A stretch of 64,000 nt of DNA from Flavobacteriales bacterium (lineage in GTDB: Bacteria > Bacteroidota > Bacteroidia > Flavobacteriales > UBA7312), in assembly GCA_029248105.1 (NCBI GenBank), contig JAQWJZ010000011.1:3221-67220 (forward strand). Reading direction: 5' to 3'. Every line of letters starts with the position of its first letter. Positions within the stretch are counted from its first letter, which is position 1. The notes below the pieces were generated by a model. That model made no database searches and was not told the origin of the DNA. It saw only the letters and a program-made list of their open reading frames with translations. Positions 28,408-38,056 of this stretch are shown one piece after another. The position numbers and the translations under genes are program-made.

Positions 28408-29346
28408 ATGAGTTCACAACTGAGAATTGTATTTATGGGAACGCCCGACTTCGCTACTGAGTCTCTAAAGCGATTGGTGGAAAACAACTATAATATTGTT
28501 GGTGTAGTAACTGCCCCAGACAGACCAGCTGGCAGAGGACAGAAAATTAAATTTTCTTCGGTAAAAGAGTATGCTGTTAGTCAAAACTTACAGGTTCTAC
28601 AGACAGAAAAACTCAAAAACCCACAATTTATTGACGAACTAAAAAATCTTGAAGCTGATCTATTTGTTGTTGTTGCATTTAGAATGCTTCCCGAAATAGT
28701 CTGGAGATTACCTGCTAAAGGAACTTTTAATTTACACGGTTCATTATTGCCAAGATACAGAGGAGCAGCACCTATTAATTGGGCCGTAATAAATGGAGAT
28801 AAAGAAACAGGCGTAACAACTTTTTTCATTGAAAAAGACATAGACACAGGCAATATCATTTTTCAAGAAAAATTAAGCATATCAGACAAAGACACGGCAG
28901 GCAACATTCACGACAAGTTAATGCATATAGGAAGTGAATTGGTGTGCAAAACTATAGATGCAATTGAAAGTAATAAGGCCCCAAATAGTCCACAGCTTAA
29001 TGAAACGGCAACACATGCGCCAAAAATATTTAAAGCAGATTGTAAAGTAAATTGGGAAGAAAATAGCGTAGTCATTCACAATAAAATCAGAGGATTATCG
29101 CCATACCCAACAGCCTGGACTAGTATAGACAAAGACAAAACCTTAAAGTTGTTTAGTTCTAGTTATGAAAACGCTAATCATAATGAAACTATTGGTAAAA
29201 TTCTTATAAGTAATAATAAGGAAATGAAAGTTGCCGCTAAAGATGGTTTTGTTCATATTCATGAATTACAGCTATCAGGAAAAAAAAGGATGAAAACAGA
29301 AGATTTTTTACGTGGTTATAATTTTGAAGATATCGTTTTGTACTAA
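28408..29346 (+). CDS. fmt: methionyl-tRNA formyltransferase
   Basis: RIVFMGTPDFA, NLHGSLLPRYRGAAPI. ATG 28408 is preferred over the track start 28375, which lies inside recQ. Confidence 0.92.
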   Translation: MSSQLRIVFMGTPDFATESLKRLVENNYNIVGVVTAPDRPAGRGQKIKFSSVKEYAVSQNLQVLQTEKLKNPQFIDELKNLEADLFVVVAFRMLPEIVWRLPAKGTFNLHGSLLPRYRGAAPINWAVINGDKETGVTTFFIEKDIDTGNIIFQEKLSISDKDTAGNIHDKLMHIGSELVCKTIDAIESNKAPNSPQLNETATHAPKIFKADCKVNWEENSVVIHNKIRGLSPYPTAWTSIDKDKTLKLFSSSYENANHNETIGKILISNNKEMKVAAKDGFVHIHELQLSGKKRMKTEDFLRGYNFEDIVLY

Positions 29347-30014
29347 TGAAAACTCTAATTGAACATTTTTTAAAATGTATTACAGATGAGCGCAAAGCAC
29401 TTTTTGAAGAGCTTATCCGAAAACGAACAAAATACCTTACAGTAGTTTTAGAAAATATTTATCAACCTTTAAATGCAAGTGCGGTCTTACGCTCTTGCGA
29501 TTGCTTTGGAATTCAAGATATTCACGTCATAGAAAACTATAACGAATTCAAACCCGATACGGAAGTAGCAATGGGTGCTTCCAACTGGCTAACAATTAAT
29601 CGTTATGATGATAAAAAAGACAATACCTTAGAGTGCATACAATCACTAAAAAAACAAGGCTATAGGATTGTAGCCACTAGCCCCCATGATTCAAAAACTA
29701 GTTTAAAAGATTTTGATTTATCCAAAGGAAAAACAGCGCTGTTTTTCGGTACCGAAGTAGAAGGCCTTAGCTATACTGTGTTAGAACAAGCTGACGAGCA
29801 TTTACACATACCAATGTATGGATTTACTGAAAGTTTCAACCTCTCTGTTTCTGCAGCGATATGTTTTTATGAAATGCGAATGAAAATGGAAAAAGAAAAC
29901 ATCAATTGGAAGATGAATGAAGATGAGAAAGATCAAGTTCTACTTAACTGGCTCCGTTACAGCATTGATCGTTCCGATATTGTCGAGGAAGATTTTTTAA
30001 GAAATCGATCTTAA
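29346..30014 (+). CDS. TrmH/SpoU-family RNA 2'-O-methyltransferase
   Basis: SpoU motifs NASAVLRSCDCFG, LFFGTEVEGLS, and ESFNLSVSAAI. Confidence 0.8.
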   Translation: MKTLIEHFLKCITDERKALFEELIRKRTKYLTVVLENIYQPLNASAVLRSCDCFGIQDIHVIENYNEFKPDTEVAMGASNWLTINRYDDKKDNTLECIQSLKKQGYRIVATSPHDSKTSLKDFDLSKGKTALFFGTEVEGLSYTVLEQADEHLHIPMYGFTESFNLSVSAAICFYEMRMKMEKENINWKMNEDEKDQVLLNWLRYSIDRSDIVEEDFLRNRS

Positions 30015-30643
30015 GGCGCTAACCGCTCTATCCTCCAATTTTCACCTTCCTTACTGTATAAAAATCTATCGTGCAATCGACTAGCTCTACCCTGCCAAAA
30101 CTCTATTTGAGTGGGGGAAATAGTATAGCCGCCCCAATTTTGTGGACGAGGCACTTCATTAGGGTACTTCTTTTTTAATTCTTCGAATTTATTTTCTAAA
30201 ACATCTCTTGACTCAATGACTTTACTTTGTGGTGAGCACCACGCTCCTATCCTACTTTCATAAGGGCGACTGTTAAAATATTCCTCTGACTCTTGATCAG
30301 ATAATTTACTGATGATTCCTGTGACTCTAACTTGACGTTCAAAATTTTTCCAAAAGAAATTCATACAAACATTAGGATTGTTTTCTATTTCTTTTGACTT
30401 ACGGCTTGAGTAATTGGTAAAAAAACTAAACCCATTTTCTGAAACATCTTTTAGAAGCAATACCCTAGAGCTTGGAATACCTTCAGGATTAACAGTAGAT
30501 AATACAAAAGCATTAGCATCAATCGACAAATTAACTACTTCAGATAACCACTTTTGGAAAAGTAAAATTGGCTCATCCGATAAGTCTTGAATATCTAATT
30601 CACTTTTACGATAGTCTATTCTAAGGTCTTTAATGTTTTTCAT
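30011..30643 (-). CDS. pdxH: pyridoxamine 5'-phosphate oxidase
   Basis: SSRVLLLK, YSSRKSKE, IEFWQGR.SRLHDR motifs. Confidence 0.92.
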   Translation of the reverse strand: MKNIKDLRIDYRKSELDIQDLSDEPILLFQKWLSEVVNLSIDANAFVLSTVNPEGIPSSRVLLLKDVSENGFSFFTNYSSRKSKEIENNPNVCMNFFWKNFERQVRVTGIISKLSDQESEEYFNSRPYESRIGAWCSPQSKVIESRDVLENKFEELKKKYPNEVPRPQNWGGYTISPTQIEFWQGRASRLHDRFLYSKEGENWRIERLAP

Positions 30644-30647
30644 TCTT

Positions 30648-30655
30648 CAAAATTA
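30648..30655 (-). promoter_or_regulatory. Bacteroidota -7 box TAATTTTG (pdxH, leaderless-type spacing)
   Basis: Exact TAnnTTTG on the minus strand, 4 nt upstream of ATG 30643. Confidence 0.4.
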
Positions 30656-30657
30656 CC

Positions 30658-30665
30658 TATTTTTG
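30658..30665 (+). promoter_or_regulatory. Bacteroidota -7 box TATTTTTG (ispH)
   Basis: Exact TAnnTTTG 20 nt upstream of ATG 30686. It sits back-to-back with the pdxH box, 2 nt apart. Confidence 0.45.
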
Positions 30666-30685
30666 CGTGTATTTATATTCAATAA

Positions 30686-31912
30686 ATGAAAAAATTCGAA
30701 GTACCTGATTTTTATCGATCCAATCTTATTGGAGCTATCAAAAACCAACGAAAAGAACTTGACCCTAAGAAGAAGGATTTTTCTCCTACAATTGTTGATT
30801 TTGGTCCTGTTCAAATCCATTTAGCACGTCACTTTGGCTTTTGCTATGGTGTGGAAAATGCTATTGAGATATCTTATAGAGCTATTGAGGAGAATCCTAA
30901 TAAGAATATATATCTTCTTAGTCAGATGATTCACAATCCTATTGTAAACGAAGATTTGCTTTCTCGTGGATTAAGATTTATTATGGATACGCAAGGCAAC
31001 CAACTGATAGATTGGGAGGAGATAAATTCCAATGACGTAGTGATAACACCTGCCTTTGGAACCACTATAGAAACAAAAGAAATACTAGAGAAAAAGAATA
31101 TTAAACTAGAAACGTACGATACGACCTGTCCGTTTGTAACTCGTGTATGGAAGAAAGCTGATAGTATTGGCAATGATAACTATTCGATTATTATTCATGG
31201 TAAACATAACCACGAAGAAACTAAAGCAACTTTTTCTCATTCTTATCAAAATGCACCGTCTCTAATCATTAAGGACTTAGAAGAAGCTAAAATTTTAGTA
31301 GATTTTATTGAAGGTAATAGATCTGAACAAGAGTTTTATTCTGTATTTGAAGGTAAATACTCTAAAGGCTTTGATTTGAAAAAAGATTTAGAAAAAATTG
31401 GGGTTGTCAATCAAACAACAATGTTAGCTAGTGAAACTGAAGAAATTTCAAATTTCCTGAAGCAGTTCATTATCCAAAAAAGAGGCCAAGAAAATTACAA
31501 AGATTATTTTGCTGACACCAGAGATACGCTTTGTTATGCTACAAACGAAAATCAAAAAGCTACCTACGGATTATTAGAAGTTCCAGCAGATTTAGCAATT
31601 GTAGTAGGTGGCTATAATAGCTCCAATACTTCACACCTTGTCGAGCTTTGCGAAGAAGTTTTACCTACATATTTTATAAAATCTGAAGAGGAAATATTTT
31701 CAAAAGATTTGATTAGACATTTCAACTATAATGACAAGTCTATACTAGAAACGGCTAATTTCTTACCACAAAAAGATAAGCTAAAAATTATTCTTACATC
31801 AGGAGCATCATGTCCAGATGCGGTTGTTGATAGAGTTTTGCAAAAGCTATTATCTTATTTTGAAAATAAAAAATCAATAGAAGAAGTCTTGGCAGATATT
31901 AGCCAATCATAG
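30686..31912 (+). CDS. ispH: 4-hydroxy-3-methylbut-2-enyl diphosphate reductase (long form)
   Basis: FGFCYGVENAI (Cys1), TTCPFV (Cys2), NQTTM, and the third-Cys segment DTLCYAT, plus GGYNSSNTSHL. At 408 aa it is longer than the ~300-aa E. coli-type enzyme. Confidence 0.9.
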   Translation: MKKFEVPDFYRSNLIGAIKNQRKELDPKKKDFSPTIVDFGPVQIHLARHFGFCYGVENAIEISYRAIEENPNKNIYLLSQMIHNPIVNEDLLSRGLRFIMDTQGNQLIDWEEINSNDVVITPAFGTTIETKEILEKKNIKLETYDTTCPFVTRVWKKADSIGNDNYSIIIHGKHNHEETKATFSHSYQNAPSLIIKDLEEAKILVDFIEGNRSEQEFYSVFEGKYSKGFDLKKDLEKIGVVNQTTMLASETEEISNFLKQFIIQKRGQENYKDYFADTRDTLCYATNENQKATYGLLEVPADLAIVVGGYNSSNTSHLVELCEEVLPTYFIKSEEEIFSKDLIRHFNYNDKSILETANFLPQKDKLKIILTSGASCPDAVVDRVLQKLLSYFENKKSIEEVLADISQS

Positions 31913-32576
31913 CTTTTTCACAATAGCTAAGAGCTAAATCAAATTGCTCCTTAATACTCATGTTAGTATTGTCTATTTCTATGGCGTCTTCCATTATTAA
32001 GAGAGGATTTTCTTCTCTTGTACTGTCGTCATAATCTCTACTCTGAAGGTTCTTTTTAATATCCTCAAGACTAGCATCTTTAAGCTCTAAAGATCTTCTT
32101 CTAGCACGTTCATCAACAGAAGCCGTAATAAATAGTTTCAGTTCTGCATCTGGAAATACTATAGAACCAATATCTCTACCATCCATCACAACGCCTTTAT
32201 TTTTGCCAATACTTTGTTGAATAGCAACCATTTTTTCACGAACCGCTCTGATTTTGCTAATCTGACTGACATTTTCAGAAATCCATAAACTACGAATCTC
32301 ATTTTCTACATTCTCACCATTCAAAAATGTTTCAGATACTGATTTTTGATCATTATAATGAAAAGATACACTCATATTATCTAAAGAGTTAATAAGAGTC
32401 GATTCGTCAATAACACCATCTTTCATAATATCATGTTTTAGAGCATAAAGACATACCGCCCTATACATAGCTCCAGTATCTACATAAATATATGAAAAGT
32501 GTTTTGAAAGCTGTTTAGCTAAAGTGCTTTTTCCGCACGAAGAATGCCCATCAATAGCAATATTTATCTGTTTCAT
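31899..32576 (-). CDS. cmk: cytidylate kinase
   Basis: IAIDGHSSCGKST P-loop, DTGAMYRA, GRDIGSIVFP. Confidence 0.92.
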   Translation of the reverse strand: MKQINIAIDGHSSCGKSTLAKQLSKHFSYIYVDTGAMYRAVCLYALKHDIMKDGVIDESTLINSLDNMSVSFHYNDQKSVSETFLNGENVENEIRSLWISENVSQISKIRAVREKMVAIQQSIGKNKGVVMDGRDIGSIVFPDAELKLFITASVDERARRRSLELKDASLEDIKKNLQSRDYDDSTREENPLLIMEDAIEIDNTNMSIKEQFDLALSYCEKAMIG

Positions 32577-33595
32577 TGTTGTTTATAGAACTTGGAAAAA
32601 TCTGTGCTAAAGGAAAAGTAATTTGGTGAACCATGCAAGTGATAAGTTGATCTTCCGTAATTAATTGTGAAATGAGAAATCTTGACACCTAAACCCCAAG
32701 AAAATCCAACCATTCCTAGATAAGAATCAACTTTAAGCTCTTGCCTCCTCTTGGGGTTATATCCCATTCTAAGTTGAATATTTTTGCCAATATGTAGTTC
32801 ACCACCTACATCAATGTGTCTAAAAAGTTTATTGGCAAAGCCAAATTCTTCCAAAACCTCGGTTCCATTAAGGCTTGTACTGTTAACTTCATCCTCAGAA
32901 GTCAAGTCCCATTTTTGAATATTCTTATAGTTCAACGAAAAAAGGAATGGTAAGTGTTCTAATCGTTTTGAAACACCAAAATCCAATTGAAAAGGTAGCT
33001 GTTCTTTAGTACTTGCATAAGTACTTATCTGCTTACCATAATTCCTTGCTAAAAAAGACATAGTAAAGTTCTTATCTTCTTTTTTATAAGCCAGAGCTAA
33101 ATCACTTCCAATAGCGATAGACTGATAATTTTGAAGATTAGAAAATAATGTTTTTATAGATGCTCCCACAACCCATCTCTGGCTTAATTCTTTACCTAAG
33201 CCAAAGGATATAATTTGATCGTTCGCACCAAATGTACCTAACACCTCAGAGGTGTAGTTAGTTTCTTCAAATTCACCATAGCCAATAGATTTTACAGATA
33301 CACCCAAAGTTCCAAAATCTTTAAGAGTAAAGGCATAAGCAGCAGAAACAAAATTTATATCAGAGAAGTAATCGACAAAATTCAATGAAAATTGCTTTTC
33401 CATACTTGCATTCAACATAGCTGGATTGAATATCCCTGACTCTATATCATTTGAATATAAAGAAACAGGCTCGTTTAATACAGCATGGCGAGCAGAAAGA
33501 GGTAAGTCTAAAGCTTGAAAAGCTGAAGATGAATTTTGAGCTATTACGAATGAAAGATTAATCGCAAAAAAAAGAAATAGACTAATGAATTTCAT
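32573..33595 (-). CDS. porQ: type IX secretion system outer-membrane protein PorQ-like
   Basis: Signal peptide MKFISLFLFFAINLSFVIAQ and a beta-barrel-like alternating pattern. FQALDLPLSARHAVL...NPAMLN resembles PorQ. Its position immediately downstream of cmk (4-nt overlap) matches my recollection of the Porphyromonas gingivalis arrangement. The track start 33610 is also possible. Confidence 0.6.
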   Translation of the reverse strand: MKFISLFLFFAINLSFVIAQNSSSAFQALDLPLSARHAVLNEPVSLYSNDIESGIFNPAMLNASMEKQFSLNFVDYFSDINFVSAAYAFTLKDFGTLGVSVKSIGYGEFEETNYTSEVLGTFGANDQIISFGLGKELSQRWVVGASIKTLFSNLQNYQSIAIGSDLALAYKKEDKNFTMSFLARNYGKQISTYASTKEQLPFQLDFGVSKRLEHLPFLFSLNYKNIQKWDLTSEDEVNSTSLNGTEVLEEFGFANKLFRHIDVGGELHIGKNIQLRMGYNPKRRQELKVDSYLGMVGFSWGLGVKISHFTINYGRSTYHLHGSPNYFSFSTDFSKFYKQQ

Positions 33596-33649
33596 TCTAC
33601 AAATTAACAAATGTTTTAGATCAAAACGAGCAAATGTAACACTTATTAT

Positions 33650-33680
33650 AAAAAAAGCGCAGACTTAAGTCTGCGCTTTT
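33650..33680 (-). terminator. intrinsic terminator after the OMP gene
   Basis: Perfect 20-nt palindrome GCGCAGACTT/AAGTCTGCGC (33657-33676), followed by a T7 run on the minus strand. Confidence 0.8.
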
Positions 33681-33728
33681 AAATTATCTATTTTATTATA
33701 ATTTAGAAAGAAACTCCTATATCGAAAC

Positions 33729-34280
33729 CTATTTTCGGCACAATACCTGTGTAGCCTCTTTCAGGTGAAAAAATTCTAAATTTATTGACTTATGGTCAAA
33801 CTCAGAGCTACGTAAACCACCTCCAGCAAAAAAGTCTAATGATAGTTTTTCTGAGAATAATATCTGAATACCCATTAACACCCCACCTTCAATTTGTTTA
33901 ACATCGTATTCATAATTATGTTCAGTGTAAACATCATTATAGTGAAAGTGATTTGTATAAGTCTCTACAAAATATTTTCCATTTCCATATAAACCAACAT
34001 AAACACCGGCTAAACTAGACTCGCTTGAGCTATTTATCATTGGTTTAAAAACATATTTTCTGAGTTGTAATTCACCCATCCAACCATACTCATCACCGTT
34101 GTCAGAAAGTCTGTACCCCCCTGATAGGGCAAACGAATTGTTATTATTTAATGCTCTTTCATAAGTAGCATAGATGGTTCCATCAAGAAAGTGAAAAGGA
34201 CTGACTTTTACTAAAACATCTTGTGAGAAAACAAAAGTAGATGCCATAGATAGGCATAGAATAAGAGTAATTTTTTTCAT
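33729..34280 (-). CDS. outer-membrane beta-barrel protein (DUF3575-like), C-terminus apparently frameshifted
   Basis: Signal peptide MKKITLILCLSMASTFVFSQ and beta-strand periodicity. A canonical OMP C-terminus ...GYTGIVPKIGFDIGVSF* is encoded in a different frame, ending at 33703 (see finding). Confidence 0.5.
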   Translation of the reverse strand: MKKITLILCLSMASTFVFSQDVLVKVSPFHFLDGTIYATYERALNNNNSFALSGGYRLSDNGDEYGWMGELQLRKYVFKPMINSSSESSLAGVYVGLYGNGKYFVETYTNHFHYNDVYTEHNYEYDVKQIEGGVLMGIQILFSEKLSLDFFAGGGLRSSEFDHKSINLEFFHLKEATQVLCRK

Positions 34281-34358
34281 TGTAGTAATTGGTTTTAAGT
34301 TTTAGATAATTCTTAACAAGAATAAAGAAATATTTCATTCTACAACAATAAAAATGAA

Positions 34359-36770
34359 TTAGATAAGTGCTAAATCAATAACATCATTCATTTTACTTAC
34401 ATAGTGAAACTTTAATCCTTTAAGATAACGTTCGTTAATTTCATCAACATCTTTCTTATTTTGCTCACAAAGTATAATTTCTCTAACACCTGCTCTTTTA
34501 GCTGCCAAGATTTTTTCTTTAATCCCTCCTACTGCCAAAACTTTGCCTCTTAAAGTAATTTCTCCTGTCATGGCTAATTTAGCTTTGACCTTTCTACCAG
34601 TAAATAAAGACACTAAAGCCGTCAGCATGGTGATACCAGCAGATGGACCATCTTTTGGTGTAGCACCTTCAGGGACATGCAAATGAATATCATGTGTATT
34701 TAACTCTTCTGGATTAATCCCAAGCTCTTTTGCGTGAGATTTGATATACTGCATAGCAATTGTAGAAGATTCCTTCATGACGTTGCCCAAATTACCTGTA
34801 ATGCTCATCTTACCCTTACCTGGACTTTTGCTGCTTTCAATAAATAAAATATCTCCTCCAACAGCAGTCCAAGCTAAGCCAGTAACGACACCAGGAATAT
34901 CATTACTCAATTGGCGTTCTTTGTCAAAAGATGCTGCGCCTAATATTTCTTTTAAATCGGAGGCGTTAAGAGTCACATTATATTCTTGCTCCATAGCGAT
35001 AGACTTAGCAGCATAACGCACCAACTTAGCAACCATTTTATCTAATCCTCTAACACCAGACTCTCTAGTATAACCATCGACTACAGATTCAAAGACTTTG
35101 TTAGACAACTTTAAATCAGAGGATTTTAATCCATGTTCTTTAAGTTGTTTTGGTAATAAGTGTTTTTTTGCGATTTGGACTTTCTCTTCTATCGTATATC
35201 CATTAATTTCTATAATTTCCATTCTATCTCGCAAGGCAGGCTGTATACTAGACAAAGAGTTTGCTGTTGCAACAAACATAACTTTTGATAAGTCATAACC
35301 TACTTCTAAATAATTATCATGAAAAGAACTATTTTGTTCTGGATCCAATACTTCAAGCATAGCAGATGAAGGGTCACCATGCGAATCTCTTGTTATCTTG
35401 TCGATTTCGTCCAACACAAATACTGGGTTTGAAGAATTGGCTTTTTTGATGGACTTAATAATCCTACCAGGCATTGCTCCAATATATGTTTTACGATGAC
35501 CTCTGATCTCAGATTCATCACGTAAACCACCTAAGGATACACGTTCGTATTTTCTCCCTAGTGCTTCAGCGATAGATTTTCCTAAAGAGGTTTTACCTAC
35601 ACCCGGAGGGCCATACAAACACAATATAGGAGCTTTCATATCTCCTTTGAGCTTAAGTACTGCTAAATGCTCCAGAATACGTTCTTTGACTTTTTCCAAA
35701 CCAAAATGATCTCTATCTAGAATCTTTTTTGCTTTATCTAAATCAAAATTATCCTTTGTGTATTCATTCCATGGTAAATCAAGGAATAAATCCAAATATG
35801 CACGCTGTACGGAATAGTCAGCCATAGCAGGATTCATACGCTGTAACTTTTTGATTTCTTTATCAAAATTTTCAGAAACTTCTTTATTCCATTTTTTAGC
35901 ATTTGCCCTTGAGCGCATTTCCTCAATTTCTTGATCTGCAGATCCACCTAATTCTTCTTGGATAGCTTTAAGCTGTTGATTCAAAAAATACTCTCTTTGC
36001 TGTTGATCTAAATCATGCTTTACCTTGTGTTGAATTTCATTTTTCATCTCAAGGCGTTGTAACTCTTTGCTTATTATTTCAAGAGTTTTTTCTGAACGGC
36101 TTTTTAAATTAAATATCTGAAGAAGTTCCTGTTTTTTATTCATATCTACATCCATATTGGAGCAGACGAAATTGACTAAATAAGATGGCGATTCGATATT
36201 TTGAATAGCAAGCTGAGCTTCTGAGGGTATATTAGGAGACTCTTTAACTATTCGCAAAGCAATGTCCTTAATAGAATCAACAAGCGCAATGAATTGCTCA
36301 TCTCCTTTTTCTGGTTTTTCCTCTGAAAGTTCAGAAACTGTTGCTTTCATATAAGGCTCTTCCTGAATCATTTCTTTAAGCTCTATCAACTTTCTACCTT
36401 GAATGATAACCGTGATATTTCCATCAGGCATTCTTAGCATTTTCATAATATGTGCTACAGTGCCTATAGTATTCAAATCCTTAAATGTAGGGTCTTCTAC
36501 GTCCGATTTTTTTTGAGACACGACACCTATGGTTTTAGAGCCTTTATACACTTCCTTGATAAGCTTAACAGATTTATCTCTTCCTACAGTGATTGGAATT
36601 ATAACACCTGGAAAAAGCACTGTATTTCTTAAAGGTAGAATCGCTAAAGAATCTGGAACATCTTCCTTATTAATTTTTTCTTCATCTACACTACTTAAAA
36701 GAGGAAAAAAATCCGATTCATCATCAAAATTTGCTCCAGCGAAAGTATCTATAAACATGTCTTTTTTCAT
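34359..36770 (-). CDS. lon: endopeptidase La (Lon protease)
   Basis: LON N-domain, Walker A GPPGVGKTS, and the proteolytic site PKDGPSAGITM with a downstream Lys. Confidence 0.97.
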   Translation of the reverse strand: MKKDMFIDTFAGANFDDESDFFPLLSSVDEEKINKEDVPDSLAILPLRNTVLFPGVIIPITVGRDKSVKLIKEVYKGSKTIGVVSQKKSDVEDPTFKDLNTIGTVAHIMKMLRMPDGNITVIIQGRKLIELKEMIQEEPYMKATVSELSEEKPEKGDEQFIALVDSIKDIALRIVKESPNIPSEAQLAIQNIESPSYLVNFVCSNMDVDMNKKQELLQIFNLKSRSEKTLEIISKELQRLEMKNEIQHKVKHDLDQQQREYFLNQQLKAIQEELGGSADQEIEEMRSRANAKKWNKEVSENFDKEIKKLQRMNPAMADYSVQRAYLDLFLDLPWNEYTKDNFDLDKAKKILDRDHFGLEKVKERILEHLAVLKLKGDMKAPILCLYGPPGVGKTSLGKSIAEALGRKYERVSLGGLRDESEIRGHRKTYIGAMPGRIIKSIKKANSSNPVFVLDEIDKITRDSHGDPSSAMLEVLDPEQNSSFHDNYLEVGYDLSKVMFVATANSLSSIQPALRDRMEIIEINGYTIEEKVQIAKKHLLPKQLKEHGLKSSDLKLSNKVFESVVDGYTRESGVRGLDKMVAKLVRYAAKSIAMEQEYNVTLNASDLKEILGAASFDKERQLSNDIPGVVTGLAWTAVGGDILFIESSKSPGKGKMSITGNLGNVMKESSTIAMQYIKSHAKELGINPEELNTHDIHLHVPEGATPKDGPSAGITMLTALVSLFTGRKVKAKLAMTGEITLRGKVLAVGGIKEKILAAKRAGVREIILCEQNKKDVDEINERYLKGLKFHYVSKMNDVIDLALI

Positions 36771-36869
36771 TCAATATATTTTATGTCAATTATGACAATT
36801 ATATTCTATTTTAACTATGAAGTATAAAGGCAAGAAGTGTGCCAATACAATTGGAATAAGAATACATGA

Positions 36870-36877
36870 CAAAACTA
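36870..36877 (-). promoter_or_regulatory. possible -7 box TAGTTTTG far upstream of lon
   Basis: Exact TAnnTTTG on the minus strand, 99 nt upstream of the lon ATG. It overlaps the stop codon of the upstream gene. Confidence 0.25.
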
Positions 36878-38029
36878 GTTTTTTCTGTACGACTTTGTCA
36901 GTTCGAAAACAGTGGATAACATATCTTTTTCTGTTTGGTCAAATTCAACAGAACGGCGCTGCATGACTTTTGCAGCTACCTCAAAAACTTTATCTAATTT
37001 ATAGGTTGTATATCCTGCAGCCCCCCCCCAAGAAAAAGAAGATACAAAGTTGCGAGGAAATCCAGCACCAAAAATATTAGCACTTACTCCAACAACAGTT
37101 CCTGTGTTAAACATGGTATTGATACCGCATTTGGAATGGTCTGCCATAATAAGACCACAAAATTGAAGCCCTGAATTTGAAAAGCGTTGGGTTGAATAAT
37201 TCCACAACCTCACATCAGCATAATTATTTTTAAGATTTGAATTATTAGTATCCGCTCCTAAGTTACACCATTCACCCAAGACTGAATTTCCTAAAAAACC
37301 ATCGTGCCCTTTGTTAGAGTAGCCCATCAAAACAGAATTATTAACTTCTCCTCCAACCTTACAATAAGGACCTAAAGTCGTTGCTCCATAAATCTTGGCA
37401 CCTAGCTTTAGGACTGAATTTTCACACATAGCTAAAGGACCTCTTACGATACTACCCTCCATTATTTCAGCATCTTTGCCTACATAAATTGGACCGTTAG
37501 ATGCATTTAATATAGCGTGTTCTACCTTAGCACCTTCTTCTATAAAAATATTTTCTGGTCTAGTACAAGCGTTAGTTTTGCTAATTGCTTGAGATTTTCT
37601 TCCTTTAGTAAGGAACTCAAAATCAGATTTTATACATACATCGTTGTATTCAAAAATATGCCACAGTTGTGAAATTCGCACAAAACTTCCTTGAAAAGAA
37701 ATACTTTCTTCAGGATTACCTTGTTCACTGCGATAGGCTATTAGCGTATCGTCTTGCTTTAAACATTGATTTTCTTCTAGCGAATGAATCGCCTTTACTA
37801 GTTCAGCATTAGGACAAATAGAACCATTAATCCAACAGTTATCTTGTGTGGAATTTAATGGAAATTTTTGCCGTAAATAGTCTTCTGTAAAAAATGAACA
37901 TTTTGCGCTCAAATATTTTTCCCACTTCTCAGTGATTGTTAAAATACCAACACGGATTTGGGATACAGGGCGAGTAAATGTTAAGGGAAGAAGATCTTCT
38001 CTAGAGTCATCAAATAGAATGTAATTCAT
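36875..38029 (-). CDS. GlmU-like sugar-nucleotidyl/hexapeptide-repeat transferase family protein
   Basis: The N-terminal nucleotidyltransferase-like region (ILFDD...LLPLTFTRP) is followed by left-handed beta-helix hexapeptide repeats (GAKIYGATTLGPYCKVGGEVNNSVL...). Confidence 0.7.
   Translation of the reverse strand: MNYILFDDSREDLLPLTFTRPVSQIRVGILTITEKWEKYLSAKCSFFTEDYLRQKFPLNSTQDNCWINGSICPNAELVKAIHSLEENQCLKQDDTLIAYRSEQGNPEESISFQGSFVRISQLWHIFEYNDVCIKSDFEFLTKGRKSQAISKTNACTRPENIFIEEGAKVEHAILNASNGPIYVGKDAEIMEGSIVRGPLAMCENSVLKLGAKIYGATTLGPYCKVGGEVNNSVLMGYSNKGHDGFLGNSVLGEWCNLGADTNNSNLKNNYADVRLWNYSTQRFSNSGLQFCGLIMADHSKCGINTMFNTGTVVGVSANIFGAGFPRNFVSSFSWGGAAGYTTYKLDKVFEVAAKVMQRRSVEFDQTEKDMLSTVFELTKSYRKN
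37021..37029 (-). repeat. homopolymeric tract: C9 on plus strand, G9 on coding strand
   Basis: Read directly from the sequence. It encodes W-G-G-A (tGG GGG GGG Gct) about 50 codons from the stop. It is the only G/C run longer than 6 nt that I found in the window. Confidence 0.95.
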
Positions 38030-38056
38030 AAAACAAATATAGTAATTACAAGGAAT

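Noticed and set aside
36784-36797. TGTCA-N4-TGACA inverted repeat in the lon 5' region, considered as a possible operator.
   Set aside because: The arms are only 5 bp in AT-rich DNA, so chance occurrence is likely. I saw no second copy or known regulator motif.
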